From: Promethearchaeia archaeon | Lineage (GTDB): Archaea > Asgardarchaeota > Lokiarchaeia > Sigyniarchaeales > SOKP01 | Reading direction: 5' to 3' | NCBI GenBank assembly: GCA_029856045.1 | Contig: JAHQWG010000043.1 | Span: forward strand, 1-64,000 | DNA: 64,000 nucleotides | Shown: piece by piece, positions 41,869-52,600 of the stretch | How positions within the stretch are numbered: position 1 is the stretch's first letter | Layout: the number at the start of each line of letters is the position of its first letter | Position numbers and translations under genes: made by a program | Notes under the pieces: model-generated | What the model saw: only the letters and a program-made list of their open reading frames with translations | What the model was told of the DNA's origin: nothing | Database searches by the model: none

Positions 41869-43044
41869 TTATTTATTTTGGCTTAAAATGGTAACAGAGC
41901 ATACAGTGTAGGCTCCACCTAAATTATGAGCGAGGCCAATTTTTGCATCTGGGGTTTGTCTTCCATCTGCTCTTCCTTGAACTTGTTTAGTTACTTCATA
42001 GAGCATACGACAACCTGTAGCTCCTATTGGATGACCAAAACTTTTAAGACCACCCGATGGATTAACCGCAGTTTCTCCGTCCCAATTAAACGTACCATTT
42101 TTTAATTCTTCAGCTGCTTGTCCTCTTTCACATAATTGAAGATCCTGGCAATTTAATAATTCAGTAATTGTAAAACAATCGTGGACTTCAGCGCAATCAA
42201 TTTCTTTACGAGGATTTGTTATTCCTGCTTCTTTATATGCCAATTTAGCGGCGGTTGTTGTCGATGGAAATGATGTAAAGTCAAAATTTGGCCAGTACCA
42301 AGGCAGATTAGTATAAACTGATAATGCATTTGCTTTAACTATGACATAATCATCTCCATGGGCGTAACTTGGTGCAAGTTCCGGTCTGGTTAGAATTAAA
42401 GCTGCCGAACCATCTGACATTGCACAGCAATCAAAACGACCTAATGGATCTGCGATCATTGGAGCTTTCATAACCGTTTCCAGTGAAACAGGTTTCCTAA
42501 AATGCGCTTTAGGATGGTATGAACCATTATCATGATTCTTTACAGCAACCCTAGCAAGATCTTCTTTTGTCCATCCATATTCCTTAAAACTACGAGTAGC
42601 AGCAAACGAAAACATAGCGGGTGCTGAAGGCATTGGTAATACTGGAAACCCAAATTCTCGAAATCCAGGTAATCCTTTAGAACCTTCATCCAAAAGCTTT
42701 TCAACTCCACATGCCAGAACTACATCATTTACACCAGAAGCGACTGCATTACACGCATTTCTAAATGCATCCATACCCGAAGCACAATAATTCTCTATTC
42801 TTGTAATTGGCTTACCCCATAATTTTAACGCATCAGCAACTGTTCCTCCTGAAAGTCCTGTAAAATAATATTGGATTCCAACCCAAATAGCTTCAATATC
42901 ATCTCGTTTAACACCTGCATCTGCCATTGCGTCATCTGTTGATTTTATTAAAAGTGAAAACTGGTTTTCATCCCATAATTCTCCAAACTTTGTTGCACCA
43001 ACACCAATTATAGCAACTTTATCTCTTATTCCTTTAACAGCCAT
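41869..43044 (-). CDS. acetyl-CoA acetyltransferase (archaeal/SCP2-type thiolase)
   Basis: ENYCASG, EVHDCF, NPSGGL..GHPIGATG, HNLGG. GGAGGT SD at 43053-43058. Confidence 0.93.
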   Translation of the reverse strand: MAVKGIRDKVAIIGVGATKFGELWDENQFSLLIKSTDDAMADAGVKRDDIEAIWVGIQYYFTGLSGGTVADALKLWGKPITRIENYCASGMDAFRNACNAVASGVNDVVLACGVEKLLDEGSKGLPGFREFGFPVLPMPSAPAMFSFAATRSFKEYGWTKEDLARVAVKNHDNGSYHPKAHFRKPVSLETVMKAPMIADPLGRFDCCAMSDGSAALILTRPELAPSYAHGDDYVIVKANALSVYTNLPWYWPNFDFTSFPSTTTAAKLAYKEAGITNPRKEIDCAEVHDCFTITELLNCQDLQLCERGQAAEELKNGTFNWDGETAVNPSGGLKSFGHPIGATGCRMLYEVTKQVQGRADGRQTPDAKIGLAHNLGGAYTVCSVTILSQNK

Positions 43045-43059
43045 TTTTTATTACCTCCT

Positions 43060-44502
43060 TTATGGTCTCCCCCTTACGGGTCTACATTTCCAATAATAAT
43101 TCATAAAATTTGCTCCTTCATGCACTTTTCTGAATGTTAATTCAACTTCCATATCAATTTCTACTTCTTCTTCAGGATTTTCGCATTCTGTCATATCACA
43201 TAAAATACGACCACCACCATCTAAATCAAGTACACATCTTGGGGTTGGTTTACTGTAATATCCACCGCCGACCAAATGATCCAGGGTATAGGTAAATATT
43301 TTTCCTTTTAACTTTAAGGGAATTTCAGTTAAATCTCGACTTCCACATATACTACAAATTGGCCAAATTGGATATTGTACAACATTACAACTATTACATT
43401 TCATACCGTGCATCGGATATATTGAAGCACTATCACGCCAAATAGTAACAGGAGATGATTTACGAATATAACGATCTTTTATTAAATATTTTCTATTGTC
43501 TATAAATATGCTGTAATTTTTTAATTCAATCATACTCTTTTCTGATTTAATCATTCCCATTCTTGTCTTTTTTATATTTCTAATGCCTTTATCATTTACA
43601 ATTTTCATATAAAACGCTATTGCTCCATCACCATATCCAGCAAATAAGATTTTCTGTTCAGGTTTAACTCTTTTTAGCGCTGTAATCAATAACATAAAAC
43701 AGAAAGGTGTTCCAGTGTCTCCAAGGGTAAAAAACAAACTATCTTGAATTTGTGCTTGAGAAAATTTCAACATTTTGCTTACTCGACCAAGAAGTCCTGG
43801 ATTGTTGTAATAATAGACCACTATTCCCATATCTTCTGGTTTTAGATTATTTTTATCCATAACTCCCTTTATAGCTGCGGTTATATTGTTGACATAACCA
43901 TATTTTGCCTCATGTTTAGGTTCGAAATTTCTTACAAAAGAATCAGAATCAGTTCTCTTCCAAGGTCCAGTTACGTTATCAGATACACTAAAATAATTTT
44001 CAATTGATACCAAAATATCTTCTACAGTCCCCTCTCCTATAAGAAAAGCGGCTGCTCCATCAGACATTGCAAATTCAGACATTGTTGAGGGTTCTGGTTC
44101 TCTTTTATCAGAAGCAATCACAATAATGTTTTTGATATCATCATTGCTTTTAATAGTGTCAAATGCTCTTGCCATAGCTGCAGCTCCAGCATTTATTGAA
44201 TCTGTAAAATCCATGCTAATTATGTCTTTTTTTAAGTCTAGAACCGTAGCAATTAATGAGGAAGAATTTTTCTCGAGATAAGGTTGAGTAGTAGTAGCAA
44301 AATATAAACCATCTATAGTAGATTTATCAAAACCCCACAGACAATCTATTCCAGCCTCAACAGCCATTGTTATGCTATCTTCGTCGTGATTTGCAACTGT
44401 TTTATTTCCTGGGATTACAGGAAAACCCCATGCATCAGCAATTAACTTTCTTGAAAGTAAGTACCTGGGCAAATATGCACCATAAGACTTTATTCCTATC
44501 AT
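43060..44502 (-). CDS. HMG-CoA synthase-like domain fused to DUF35 (zinc ribbon + OB fold)
   Basis: GIKSYGAYLPRY, DEDSITMAVEA, GDTG, YGDGA, then CNSC..CSIC and a C-terminal YYWKCRP. Confidence 0.88.
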   Translation of the reverse strand: MIGIKSYGAYLPRYLLSRKLIADAWGFPVIPGNKTVANHDEDSITMAVEAGIDCLWGFDKSTIDGLYFATTTQPYLEKNSSSLIATVLDLKKDIISMDFTDSINAGAAAMARAFDTIKSNDDIKNIIVIASDKREPEPSTMSEFAMSDGAAAFLIGEGTVEDILVSIENYFSVSDNVTGPWKRTDSDSFVRNFEPKHEAKYGYVNNITAAIKGVMDKNNLKPEDMGIVVYYYNNPGLLGRVSKMLKFSQAQIQDSLFFTLGDTGTPFCFMLLITALKRVKPEQKILFAGYGDGAIAFYMKIVNDKGIRNIKKTRMGMIKSEKSMIELKNYSIFIDNRKYLIKDRYIRKSSPVTIWRDSASIYPMHGMKCNSCNVVQYPIWPICSICGSRDLTEIPLKLKGKIFTYTLDHLVGGGYYSKPTPRCVLDLDGGGRILCDMTECENPEEEVEIDMEVELTFRKVHEGANFMNYYWKCRPVRGRP

Positions 44503-44754
44503 AATTTCTCAAAATTTTTTTTTTATATTTTTTTAAATTATATTGTGAATATTTTATGTTGAGAAATTTAATAATATTCGGAAAAATGGTCACTTATTAA
44601 ATGTAATTGGAAATAAGAGAAAAAAAATCAATTAATTATTTTGTATAATTTCCGATAAAATATTTTTGTATTTGAATATCTTTTTTTAGTTTTTTTTTCT
44701 TATTCTACTTAATTAATAAATAATTAATAAATAATTTTGATTTTAGTGTAAATT

Positions 44755-46368
44755 ATGAAATCTATGTACGATTTAGGTGTTCCAGTTCCTGCCAATAAAT
44801 CTTTGGTGGCCCGAACAATTAAAAATGTTACAAAGGAGCAACGTGAAAGAGTACTTCAAGAAATAGAGTATAATATGTTTTCTTTTCCAGCAGATTTACT
44901 TGTCTTAGATTTTCTTTCAGATAGTGGCACTTCCACGATGACTGATTTACAATGGTCTGCTCTTTTTCATGGAGATGAGTCTTATGGGAGAAATAAGGGA
45001 TATTATGTACTATTAGATGCAATTCGGGATACCTTTGAAAGAGGTAATAAGCCTAGAAAGGTAATAGATCTAATTCTCACAGGAGAAACAAATATCCAAA
45101 AGTTATTAGATGAATTATATTTAAAATCATTTGAAGGTGGATTCGTTAATGGTGGAATTCATCAACTCATTCGTCCTAATGCTTTTATTGTCCCTCAAGG
45201 TCGGTGTGCAGAGCATTTGTTATTTTCAACTCTCGCAGAAGTTTTAAAAAAAATTGACAGAGCGAAAAAATATGTTATTCCAAGTAATGGACATTTTGAT
45301 ACAACAGCTGCAAATATTGCAGCGAACAGAATTATTCCTGTGAATCTATTTTCTTCTGATATTTTAAATGAATTTCCCCTTGATCAGATTGATATTAAAA
45401 ATCCATTCAAGGGAGATATGGATACTAAAAAATTAGAAGAATTAATTAATGTTAAGGGTCCAGATTCTATTCCTTTAATCTATTTAACAATTACAAACAA
45501 TACAGCTGCGGGGCAACCAGTTTCTATGAAAAATATTAAATCAGTGCAAAAGATTGCCAGAAAATTCGGGATTCCTTTATTTTTTGATGCATGTAGGTTC
45601 GCAGAAAATACTTTTTTTATTAAAAAATTCGAGAATGGTTATCAAAATAAATCAATCTCGAGAATAATTGAAGAAATGTTCTCATATGTGGATGGGTTTT
45701 CAATAAGTTTTAAAAAAGATGGGTTAGCTAATATGGGAGGAGGGTTATTCTTTAGAGATAATGGTGTTTTTCATAAGCGTTTTTCTATTTATGGTGATAT
45801 TGGACTCCAACTAAAGGAAAAACAAATTTTAACCTATGGAAATGATTCATATGGAGGGTTAAGTGGGAGGGATATTATGGCATTAACAGTAGGTTTATAT
45901 GAAATCGTAAAGGAACCATACTTAAATAGAAGAATTGGACAAGTAAGGGATTTTACAAAAAAATTAGCTCAAAATGATATCCCAGTTATTCTTCCTGCGG
46001 GAGGTCATGCAGTTTATATTGACATGGAAAAATTTTTTCAGGGAACAAATATGAAAATTGGTGATTTTGGGGGTGTAGGTTTTACTATAGAGCTTTTAAA
46101 ACATTACGGAATAAGAGCCTGTGAATTAGGACCTTTTGCATTTGAGTGGGATAAAAAACCTCCAGAACAGAGAAAAGATATTTTTAATTTGGTTCGATTT
46201 GCAGTACCTCGGAATGTTTATAATGAATCACATATAGCATATGCAGTTGCAGCAATAACTGAGTTATATCATAACAGGCAAAAAATTCCGAAAGTAAAAA
46301 TCTCACGTGGGGCTGATCTTAGATTACGACATTTTCAAACTGGACTTCAACCTATTTATAATGAGTAA
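44755..46368 (+). CDS. tnaA: tryptophanase (beta-eliminating lyase family, PLP)
   Basis: DFLSDSGT, GDESY, QGRCAE, FDTT, DACRFAEN, PLP lysine in SFKKDG, and LRHF (TnaA-type, not the LRFF of tyrosine phenol-lyase). Confidence 0.82.
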   Translation: MKSMYDLGVPVPANKSLVARTIKNVTKEQRERVLQEIEYNMFSFPADLLVLDFLSDSGTSTMTDLQWSALFHGDESYGRNKGYYVLLDAIRDTFERGNKPRKVIDLILTGETNIQKLLDELYLKSFEGGFVNGGIHQLIRPNAFIVPQGRCAEHLLFSTLAEVLKKIDRAKKYVIPSNGHFDTTAANIAANRIIPVNLFSSDILNEFPLDQIDIKNPFKGDMDTKKLEELINVKGPDSIPLIYLTITNNTAAGQPVSMKNIKSVQKIARKFGIPLFFDACRFAENTFFIKKFENGYQNKSISRIIEEMFSYVDGFSISFKKDGLANMGGGLFFRDNGVFHKRFSIYGDIGLQLKEKQILTYGNDSYGGLSGRDIMALTVGLYEIVKEPYLNRRIGQVRDFTKKLAQNDIPVILPAGGHAVYIDMEKFFQGTNMKIGDFGGVGFTIELLKHYGIRACELGPFAFEWDKKPPEQRKDIFNLVRFAVPRNVYNESHIAYAVAAITELYHNRQKIPKVKISRGADLRLRHFQTGLQPIYNE

Positions 46369-46401
46369 AAAAAAATTCCGAAATAATAAATCATTAATAA
46401 A

Positions 46402-46944
46402 TTATAATATAAAAATCGCTGCTGCAATTACTGTTGTCCATTCATTTTCTACTCCAACGGTTGCGGATGCAGTTATACTTTTTGTTTTAATTGCTTTTCC
46501 TTTTTCTCTAAAAAATTTGATTTTTTCATCATAATCTAAATTTTGATTAAATCTGATACCCCAAGTTGTTCCTAACATAGATGCGGCTAAATCTTCAGCA
46601 ATCACACCAGCTTTTCTACTTTCCATACCAAAAGCCTGATACTCACTAAGATATCCATAGGAATTATTATCCCTTGATCTTGCCATACCAATTGAAGCTG
46701 AAAATAATTTGTTTAATTCGTTTGAACTGGCCTTACACATCACTGTATAGACAATTTGTCCAGGTTTCAAGAGTTTTAAACCACTTGAAATTGAAATCTC
46801 CTCACATTTAGGAGGTATGATAGATGATACTTTTACTAAATTAAATTTCTCAATACTTGCGTTTCTAAGTGCTAACTCAAACGATTGTAATTTATCATAA
46901 TGATTACCAACACCTTTAGTAAAAAAAATTTTTTTGGGTATCAT
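46402..46944 (-). CDS. pdaD: pyruvoyl-dependent arginine decarboxylase
   Basis: SFELALRNASIEKFNLVKVSSIIPP (S-S cleavage site), GYLSE, WTTVIAAA. Confidence 0.92.
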   Translation of the reverse strand: MIPKKIFFTKGVGNHYDKLQSFELALRNASIEKFNLVKVSSIIPPKCEEISISSGLKLLKPGQIVYTVMCKASSNELNKLFSASIGMARSRDNNSYGYLSEYQAFGMESRKAGVIAEDLAASMLGTTWGIRFNQNLDYDEKIKFFREKGKAIKTKSITASATVGVENEWTTVIAAAIFIL

Positions 46945-46992
46945 ATAGTTATACCTTTAATAATAATGTGCATGAGCTAAAAGATTAAGTTT

Positions 46993-47166
46993 ATGATTAA
47001 ATTAAAGAGGCAAGGAATGACAAATCTTGCAATTAGTAAAGAATTAGAATATGATAATAAAATAGTTGGGAAATATCTCAAAAAATTTATGCCCGATTAC
47101 AATAAATATAAACTCTTAGCGATAAGAAACGAAAGGTATCTTCGAAAGATTTCAAAAGATTCCTAA
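46993..47166 (+). CDS. small helix-turn-helix protein or remnant (57 aa, below the ORF-track cutoff)
   Basis: Manual translation gives MIKLKRQGMTNLAISKELEYDNKIVGKYLKKF..., an HTH pattern. Confidence 0.45.
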   Translation: MIKLKRQGMTNLAISKELEYDNKIVGKYLKKFMPDYNKYKLLAIRNERYLRKISKDS

Positions 47167-47343
47167 ATAATCGGTTCTTTTAATAGCTTCTTTAGAAATA
47201 CTTGAGAGATATTAATAATTAATTATTATATCATTCATTTTTAATTAACTTTTATCAATAATAATAAATTAATTCACAATAGGCAATCATAGATAATGCT
47301 AAATTAAGGCATGACCATCAATCAGTTTGCGAATTATTCAAAT

Positions 47344-47814
47344 TCAATCGAATACCTTTTCTAATACAATTATTATAGGTTTGAAGCCCCCTCCTCTACA
47401 GATAACATCTTGTACTTTTTTATCTCCATCATATGCAAAATTAATTCTTATTCTATCAACACCCCATGATCTTAAGAGTTTAATAGCTCTTTCAGCCAAT
47501 ATCTTCCCTATACCTTTTCCAAGATATTCTTTCTTGGTTGCCCAACTTTCAAGATACCCAATATATTCACCAAGTGAAGATTTTTTAGCTTCTAATACTC
47601 CTAGAGCTACAACTAAACTATCAAATTCAGCAACTAATGTCATTCTCTTTAAATTGGGTTTAAATTGCCGTAATCCGGAAGATTCCTTCCATTTATCTTC
47701 ATTAAATCCCATATCATATAATTCTGATAATTCTTTTAAAATTTCAAGAGTTTCTTGATAATCAGATTTTCGATAATTTCGAATTATAATTTTATCTTCA
47801 TCCATAATCAACAC
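47344..47814 (-). CDS. GNAT family N-acetyltransferase
   Basis: Motif A YLGKGIGKIL, and IIIRNY at the N-terminus. Confidence 0.88.
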   Translation of the reverse strand: MLIMDEDKIIIRNYRKSDYQETLEILKELSELYDMGFNEDKWKESSGLRQFKPNLKRMTLVAEFDSLVVALGVLEAKKSSLGEYIGYLESWATKKEYLGKGIGKILAERAIKLLRSWGVDRIRINFAYDGDKKVQDVICRGGGFKPIIIVLEKVFD

Positions 47815-47830
47815 TATATTTATTTAAATT

Positions 47831-48856
47831 TTACATATATTTTTTTATTTCAATTAGTTTTGAAAAAATTCTTAAATTTTTATCTTTTTGATTTATATTC
47901 AAAATATAAGAATCTATATGGGGATACAATGGAGCTACAAAGAGCAACTCCTCATGCGGATACCATTCATCAACAAATTCATTCAATATTTCTTTCTCAA
48001 AAAATTCTCTAACATGAGAAATAGTTACTTGTATAGAATGCATATTGGCTTCAGAAGAGTTTTCAATAACAACTTCTAATTCTTGACTGTTTTTTGAAAG
48101 AGTTATTTCTGAAATTTTAAAAGGATTAAAAGTTCCTTGTAAAATTTTGGCAGAAGCTGCTTTTTCAAATAGATTTACATCATCATACGGTGCCCCTTCA
48201 AATCCTTTTAATGAAGAAATATAGAATCCCTTTAGTGCTAAAAAAGACATAGCTTTCTGTTTTTTAATTGAATCAGATTTGCTGTCCATTAACACATTTC
48301 CAAAATATTTTAAGATGGTATTATGAATATCGAAATTTATATTTTGTTTAATTTCATCACTTTTTTTTATATTCTCTAACACCGATTTGTTTTTAATGAC
48401 TACACTTTTAGCAATTTCTCCTTCAATTAATTTCCATAGAACATTACCATAATTTTTTTGTATAATTTTTAAAAGCTTTTTGATTATATAACTTCCAAAA
48501 ATTTCAATTTCATTAGGTAGGGCTACGATAATAACAATAGTTTCAGGAGTTTCTTTCTTTAATCCAGCTCTTTGTTTTTTTCGTTCAGATTTCACTAAAA
48601 ATTTTTTTGCAGAGTATATTTTATTTTTATATTCTAGATCCACATGATCTAATACTTCTTGTTCTTTAAAATCTAAAAACCAAATTGAATGGATATTTAT
48701 TGGTCGCATTGCTTTTGGATTATATATTAATTTTTCATCTGGATAAGATAATAATGGCATATGACCTCTCATTTCATCGAAATAAAGTAAGAAGACTTCA
48801 CACAGATTCAAACCAGAAGAATCTTTTATGCTTTTATCGTCAAATATGTCAGCCAT
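47831..48856 (-). CDS. uDENN/longin-like protein with C-terminal Ig-like domain
   Basis: VFLLYFDEMRGHMPLLSYP resembles uDENN/longin first strands. The C-terminal domain is shared with 59913-61406 and 62424-63620. Likely ATG at 48856. Confidence 0.6.
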   Translation of the reverse strand: MADIFDDKSIKDSSGLNLCEVFLLYFDEMRGHMPLLSYPDEKLIYNPKAMRPINIHSIWFLDFKEQEVLDHVDLEYKNKIYSAKKFLVKSERKKQRAGLKKETPETIVIIVALPNEIEIFGSYIIKKLLKIIQKNYGNVLWKLIEGEIAKSVVIKNKSVLENIKKSDEIKQNINFDIHNTILKYFGNVLMDSKSDSIKKQKAMSFLALKGFYISSLKGFEGAPYDDVNLFEKAASAKILQGTFNPFKISEITLSKNSQELEVVIENSSEANMHSIQVTISHVREFFEKEILNEFVDEWYPHEELLFVAPLYPHIDSYILNINQKDKNLRIFSKLIEIKKYM

Positions 48857-49005
48857 AATTTTTTCAGAAAGATGAAAAATTAAATATATAACAAATCTCA
48901 AATTAACAAATGTAAAGATAAAAATAAAATTTATTGTATTAATAAAGAATATATTGAATTTCTAACATCTTTATTTTATTTTTTTTTTAATCTATTTTTT
49001 TCCAG

Positions 49006-49179
49006 CTAATCTTCTCTAAGCATATAATATCTCAAATCATCAAAATAGCATCTATCAATATATATCCCTTCTTTTAATATTGTTTCTAATATAAATCCAT
49101 ACTTCTTAGCACTATATGATAAAGGTTTGTTTGGGGCAATTACTCCTGTAAAAATTTTAATTCTATAGTTTAAATCTTT
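49006..49179 (-). pseudogene. RimJ/RimL-type GNAT C-terminal remnant
   Basis: Manual translation KIFTGVIAPNKPLSYSAKKYGFILETILKEGIYIDRCYFDDLRYYMLRED*. No start codon for the domain, and TAG falls where W is typical. Confidence 0.55.
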
Positions 49180-49626
49180 CTAAATGTTGTTTAATGGTCC
49201 TAATTTCTTAATTTGATTTGTAAAAGTAGTTACTAATTCAGCAAATTTTTTCCCTTCACTTGCGGATATCCATTCAAGCCGAAATCTATCCTTTAATCCC
49301 AAATATTTTAAGATTTTCATTAACCGTTCAAATCTATCTTTTGTAAATTCATTCCCGCTAATATAGTGACAATCTCCTATATGACACCCAGTAACTAACA
49401 CACCATCTACATTATCCTTAAAAGATTTCAGAATAAAAGCTGGTTCAACTCGACCAGAACACATTACTCGAATTATTCTAATAGAGGCAGGATACTGAAA
49501 ACGAGATACTCCAGCCAAATCAGCTCCAGCATAGCTACACCAATTGCAGCAAAAACATACAATATTAGGTTTAAATTCCCTATCTTTTTTAACTTGTTTT
49601 TTATCTGATTTTTCTACGATTTTCAT
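49180..49626 (-). CDS. mvhD: hydrogenase iron-sulfur subunit MvhD (Cys form)
   Basis: [38 protein letters not shown]. Confidence 0.95.
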   Translation of the reverse strand: MKIVEKSDKKQVKKDREFKPNIVCFCCNWCSYAGADLAGVSRFQYPASIRIIRVMCSGRVEPAFILKSFKDNVDGVLVTGCHIGDCHYISGNEFTKDRFERLMKILKYLGLKDRFRLEWISASEGKKFAELVTTFTNQIKKLGPLNNI

Positions 49627-49645
49627 ATTTTTTCATTTATTCTCA

Positions 49646-52600
49646 TTAATTTTTTAAATAAGCCTTAATCATCGCATTTATTTGTTTAAAACTAAAATGT
49701 GAAATAAATATGGCCGAATTAGGGCATTGAACACCACAGGTACCACATCCTTTACATAACGCAGAATTAATATTGGATTTTTTTAAACAAAGTGTATAAT
49801 CTTCAAATGTTTTTTCAACCTCAATTAATTCTATTGCGTTATATGGACAAACGTCAGCACATTTCCCGCAGCCGATGCAATAATCTTCAATTACCTCAGC
49901 AACAAGACCAGAAGTTTTCATTTCTTTAGCACTTAAAATCCTGATAGCTCTTCCAGCTGCACCATTTGCTTGAGCTATTGATTCTTGAATATTCTTAGGC
50001 CAATGAGCGCAACCACATAAAAAAACTCCATCTGTTGCAAAATCAATAGGTCTTAGTTTAACATGAGCTTCTAGAAAAAAACCACTTTGATCTTGCGGAA
50101 CTTTCAGCATTTTTGATAATTCTTTAAAATTTTCAGGTGCAATCATAGGTGTAGCTAAAATTATAAGATCGCCATAAAATTCTACTTCTCCTTTTAAATT
50201 GTGTTCGAATAACGTAATTTTATAATTAAATTTTCCATTTTTAGTTTTTGAAATTATAGGAAGTTTATCCAATGAATATCGTAAGAATAAAGCGTTTTTT
50301 CTTGAATCTCTATAAAATTCTTCATTTCCTTTTTTGGACATTTGAAGATCTCGATAAATTAAAATTAATGCCAAATCAGGTTTTAATTTCTTTAAGATAT
50401 TAATATTCTTTAATGCATTTGTACAACATATATTGGAACAATATGTTATACCCTCTTTTTGTCTGGAATTCACACATAAAATAAATGTAATACTTTTAAT
50501 ATTATCTAGCCATTCTATATTTTCTTTCCTTAATTTTTGCTCTAATTCAAGTTGTGTAATAACATTTTTTTCTTTTTTATAATTGTATATTGTTTCCGGT
50601 ATCAACTCATTCGCTCCAGTTGCAACAATTATTATTCCAACTTTTATATTATTTACTTTATTTCCTTTAGTGGTTATTATAACATCATAATTTCCAATAT
50701 ATCCCCTAATTTCCGTGATATTTGAATTCAAATAAATATTAATGTTTGAATGTGATTTTACTTTATTTACAAAAGGTTCTAAAAATTCTGAGGCTTTTTG
50801 ATATCCTGGGAAAATTTGATATAAATTATTTAAATTTCCACCAAGTTTAGATTCCTTTTCTACAAGATGGGTTGTAAACCCTTGTATTGCAATATTTAAT
50901 GTGGCTATTAAACCAGAAATGCCACCTCCGATTATTAATGCCTCTGGAGTAATTGATAGTTTTGATTCTTTTTGTGGTTTTAATAATCTCGATTTTGCAA
51001 CAGCCATTTCTATGAGGTCTTTGGCTTTCTTAGTTCCATCCACTTTTTGTTCCATATGTACCCAAGAACATTGATCTCGAATATTAACCATTTCAAAAAG
51101 ATATTTATTCAAACCCGCTTCTTCACATGTTTCTTGAAATAATTTTTCATGGGTTCTAGGCGTACAGGACGCAACTATAAATCTATTTAAATCATACTCA
51201 GCAATTAATTCCTTAATTCTAGTTTGGGAATCACTAGAACATGAATATAAATTATCTACTGCAACAGTCACATTAGGTAATGTTTTGATATATTCTAAAA
51301 CCTGGGGAACATCTACATATTTTCCAATATTTATTCCACAATGGCAAATCATAACACCTATGCAAGGTTCATCTTCTAAATTTATCTTTTTTTCAGGTAC
51401 AGATACTACCTTTTCTTTTAATAGAGTATTTCTCACTAGATATAGTAATGTTGAAACCTTATTTGCTACTCCACTTGCATCAGCAACTGTTTCAGGGATA
51501 TCTAATGGTCCTTGACAAAAACCACATAGAAAAATTCCTTCTTGTTCAGATGATAATTTATCATATAATGTCTTTTCTTTAAAAAACTTATATTTATCAA
51601 CGTTTATTCCTAATATTTTGGCAACCTTCTCAGAATCCTCAGATGGTACTAATGGTGTTGCTAAAACTACTAAATTTGCCCTTAAATCATGAAATTTCCC
51701 ATCATCGAGATCTTCATATTTTATAATTAAATCTTTAGTCTTAGGGTCTTCTACTATTTTGCTAATTTTTGAATTAAAATATTTAACCCCATACTCATCT
51801 TGTGCTCTTTGAGTATATTCATAAAAATTTTTCCCATATGCCCTCAAATCATGCCTAAAAATATAACATTCTGAAGAATTCGAATGTTCTTTAGTAATTA
51901 TTGCTTCTTTTGCTGTATACATACAACAGACACTAGAACAATAAGGAATTCCAATATGAAAATCTCTAGAACCAGCACATTGTATAAAAGCAATTTTATG
52001 GGGTTCTTTCTCATCTGATAATCTTAAAACGTGCCCCTCGAATGGACCAGAAGCACATAAAATCCTTTCATACTCTAAAGAGGTAATAACATTTTCATAT
52101 TTATAACCCCAATTATCTGGAAGTTTAGAAGCTAACATATCAAAACCAATAGCAACTATAATTGCCCCAACTTCTATTTGGACTTCTTCTGGTTTCTGCT
52201 CAAAATTAATCGCTTGGGCTTCACAGATTCTTTCACAAACTCTACATACCCCTTTATTCAAAAATAAGCACATATCTGAGTCTATTAAATAAACTGGAGG
52301 TACAGCTTGTGGAAAGGGGATATAAATAGATTTTCTTCTCCCCAAATTCATATCAAAAATATTTGGAGCCTCAATCTTAGGACATTTCGAGGCACAATCT
52401 CCACAACCCTTACATTTATCCTCATCCACATATCTGGGTTTTTTTAAAATTTTTATAAAAAAATGACCTGCATGACCTGATACTTCAATGACTTCTGAAT
52501 AAGTCATTAATTTAATATTTGGATTTCTAAAAACCTCAACCATTTTTGGAGCAAGAATACATAAAGAACAATCATTAGTAGGAAATGTTTTGTCTAATTG

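Noticed and set aside
47327-47758. 143-aa plus-strand ORF and other antisense ORFs in the track (e.g. 22961-23365, 17085-17336)
   Set aside because: They lie antisense to well-supported genes and have no motifs.
49180-49182. Pyrrolysine readthrough making an MvhD-GNAT fusion
   Set aside because: MvhD is complete at the TAG, the downstream piece is only half a GNAT, being in frame has a 1-in-3 chance, and no pyl genes are in the window.
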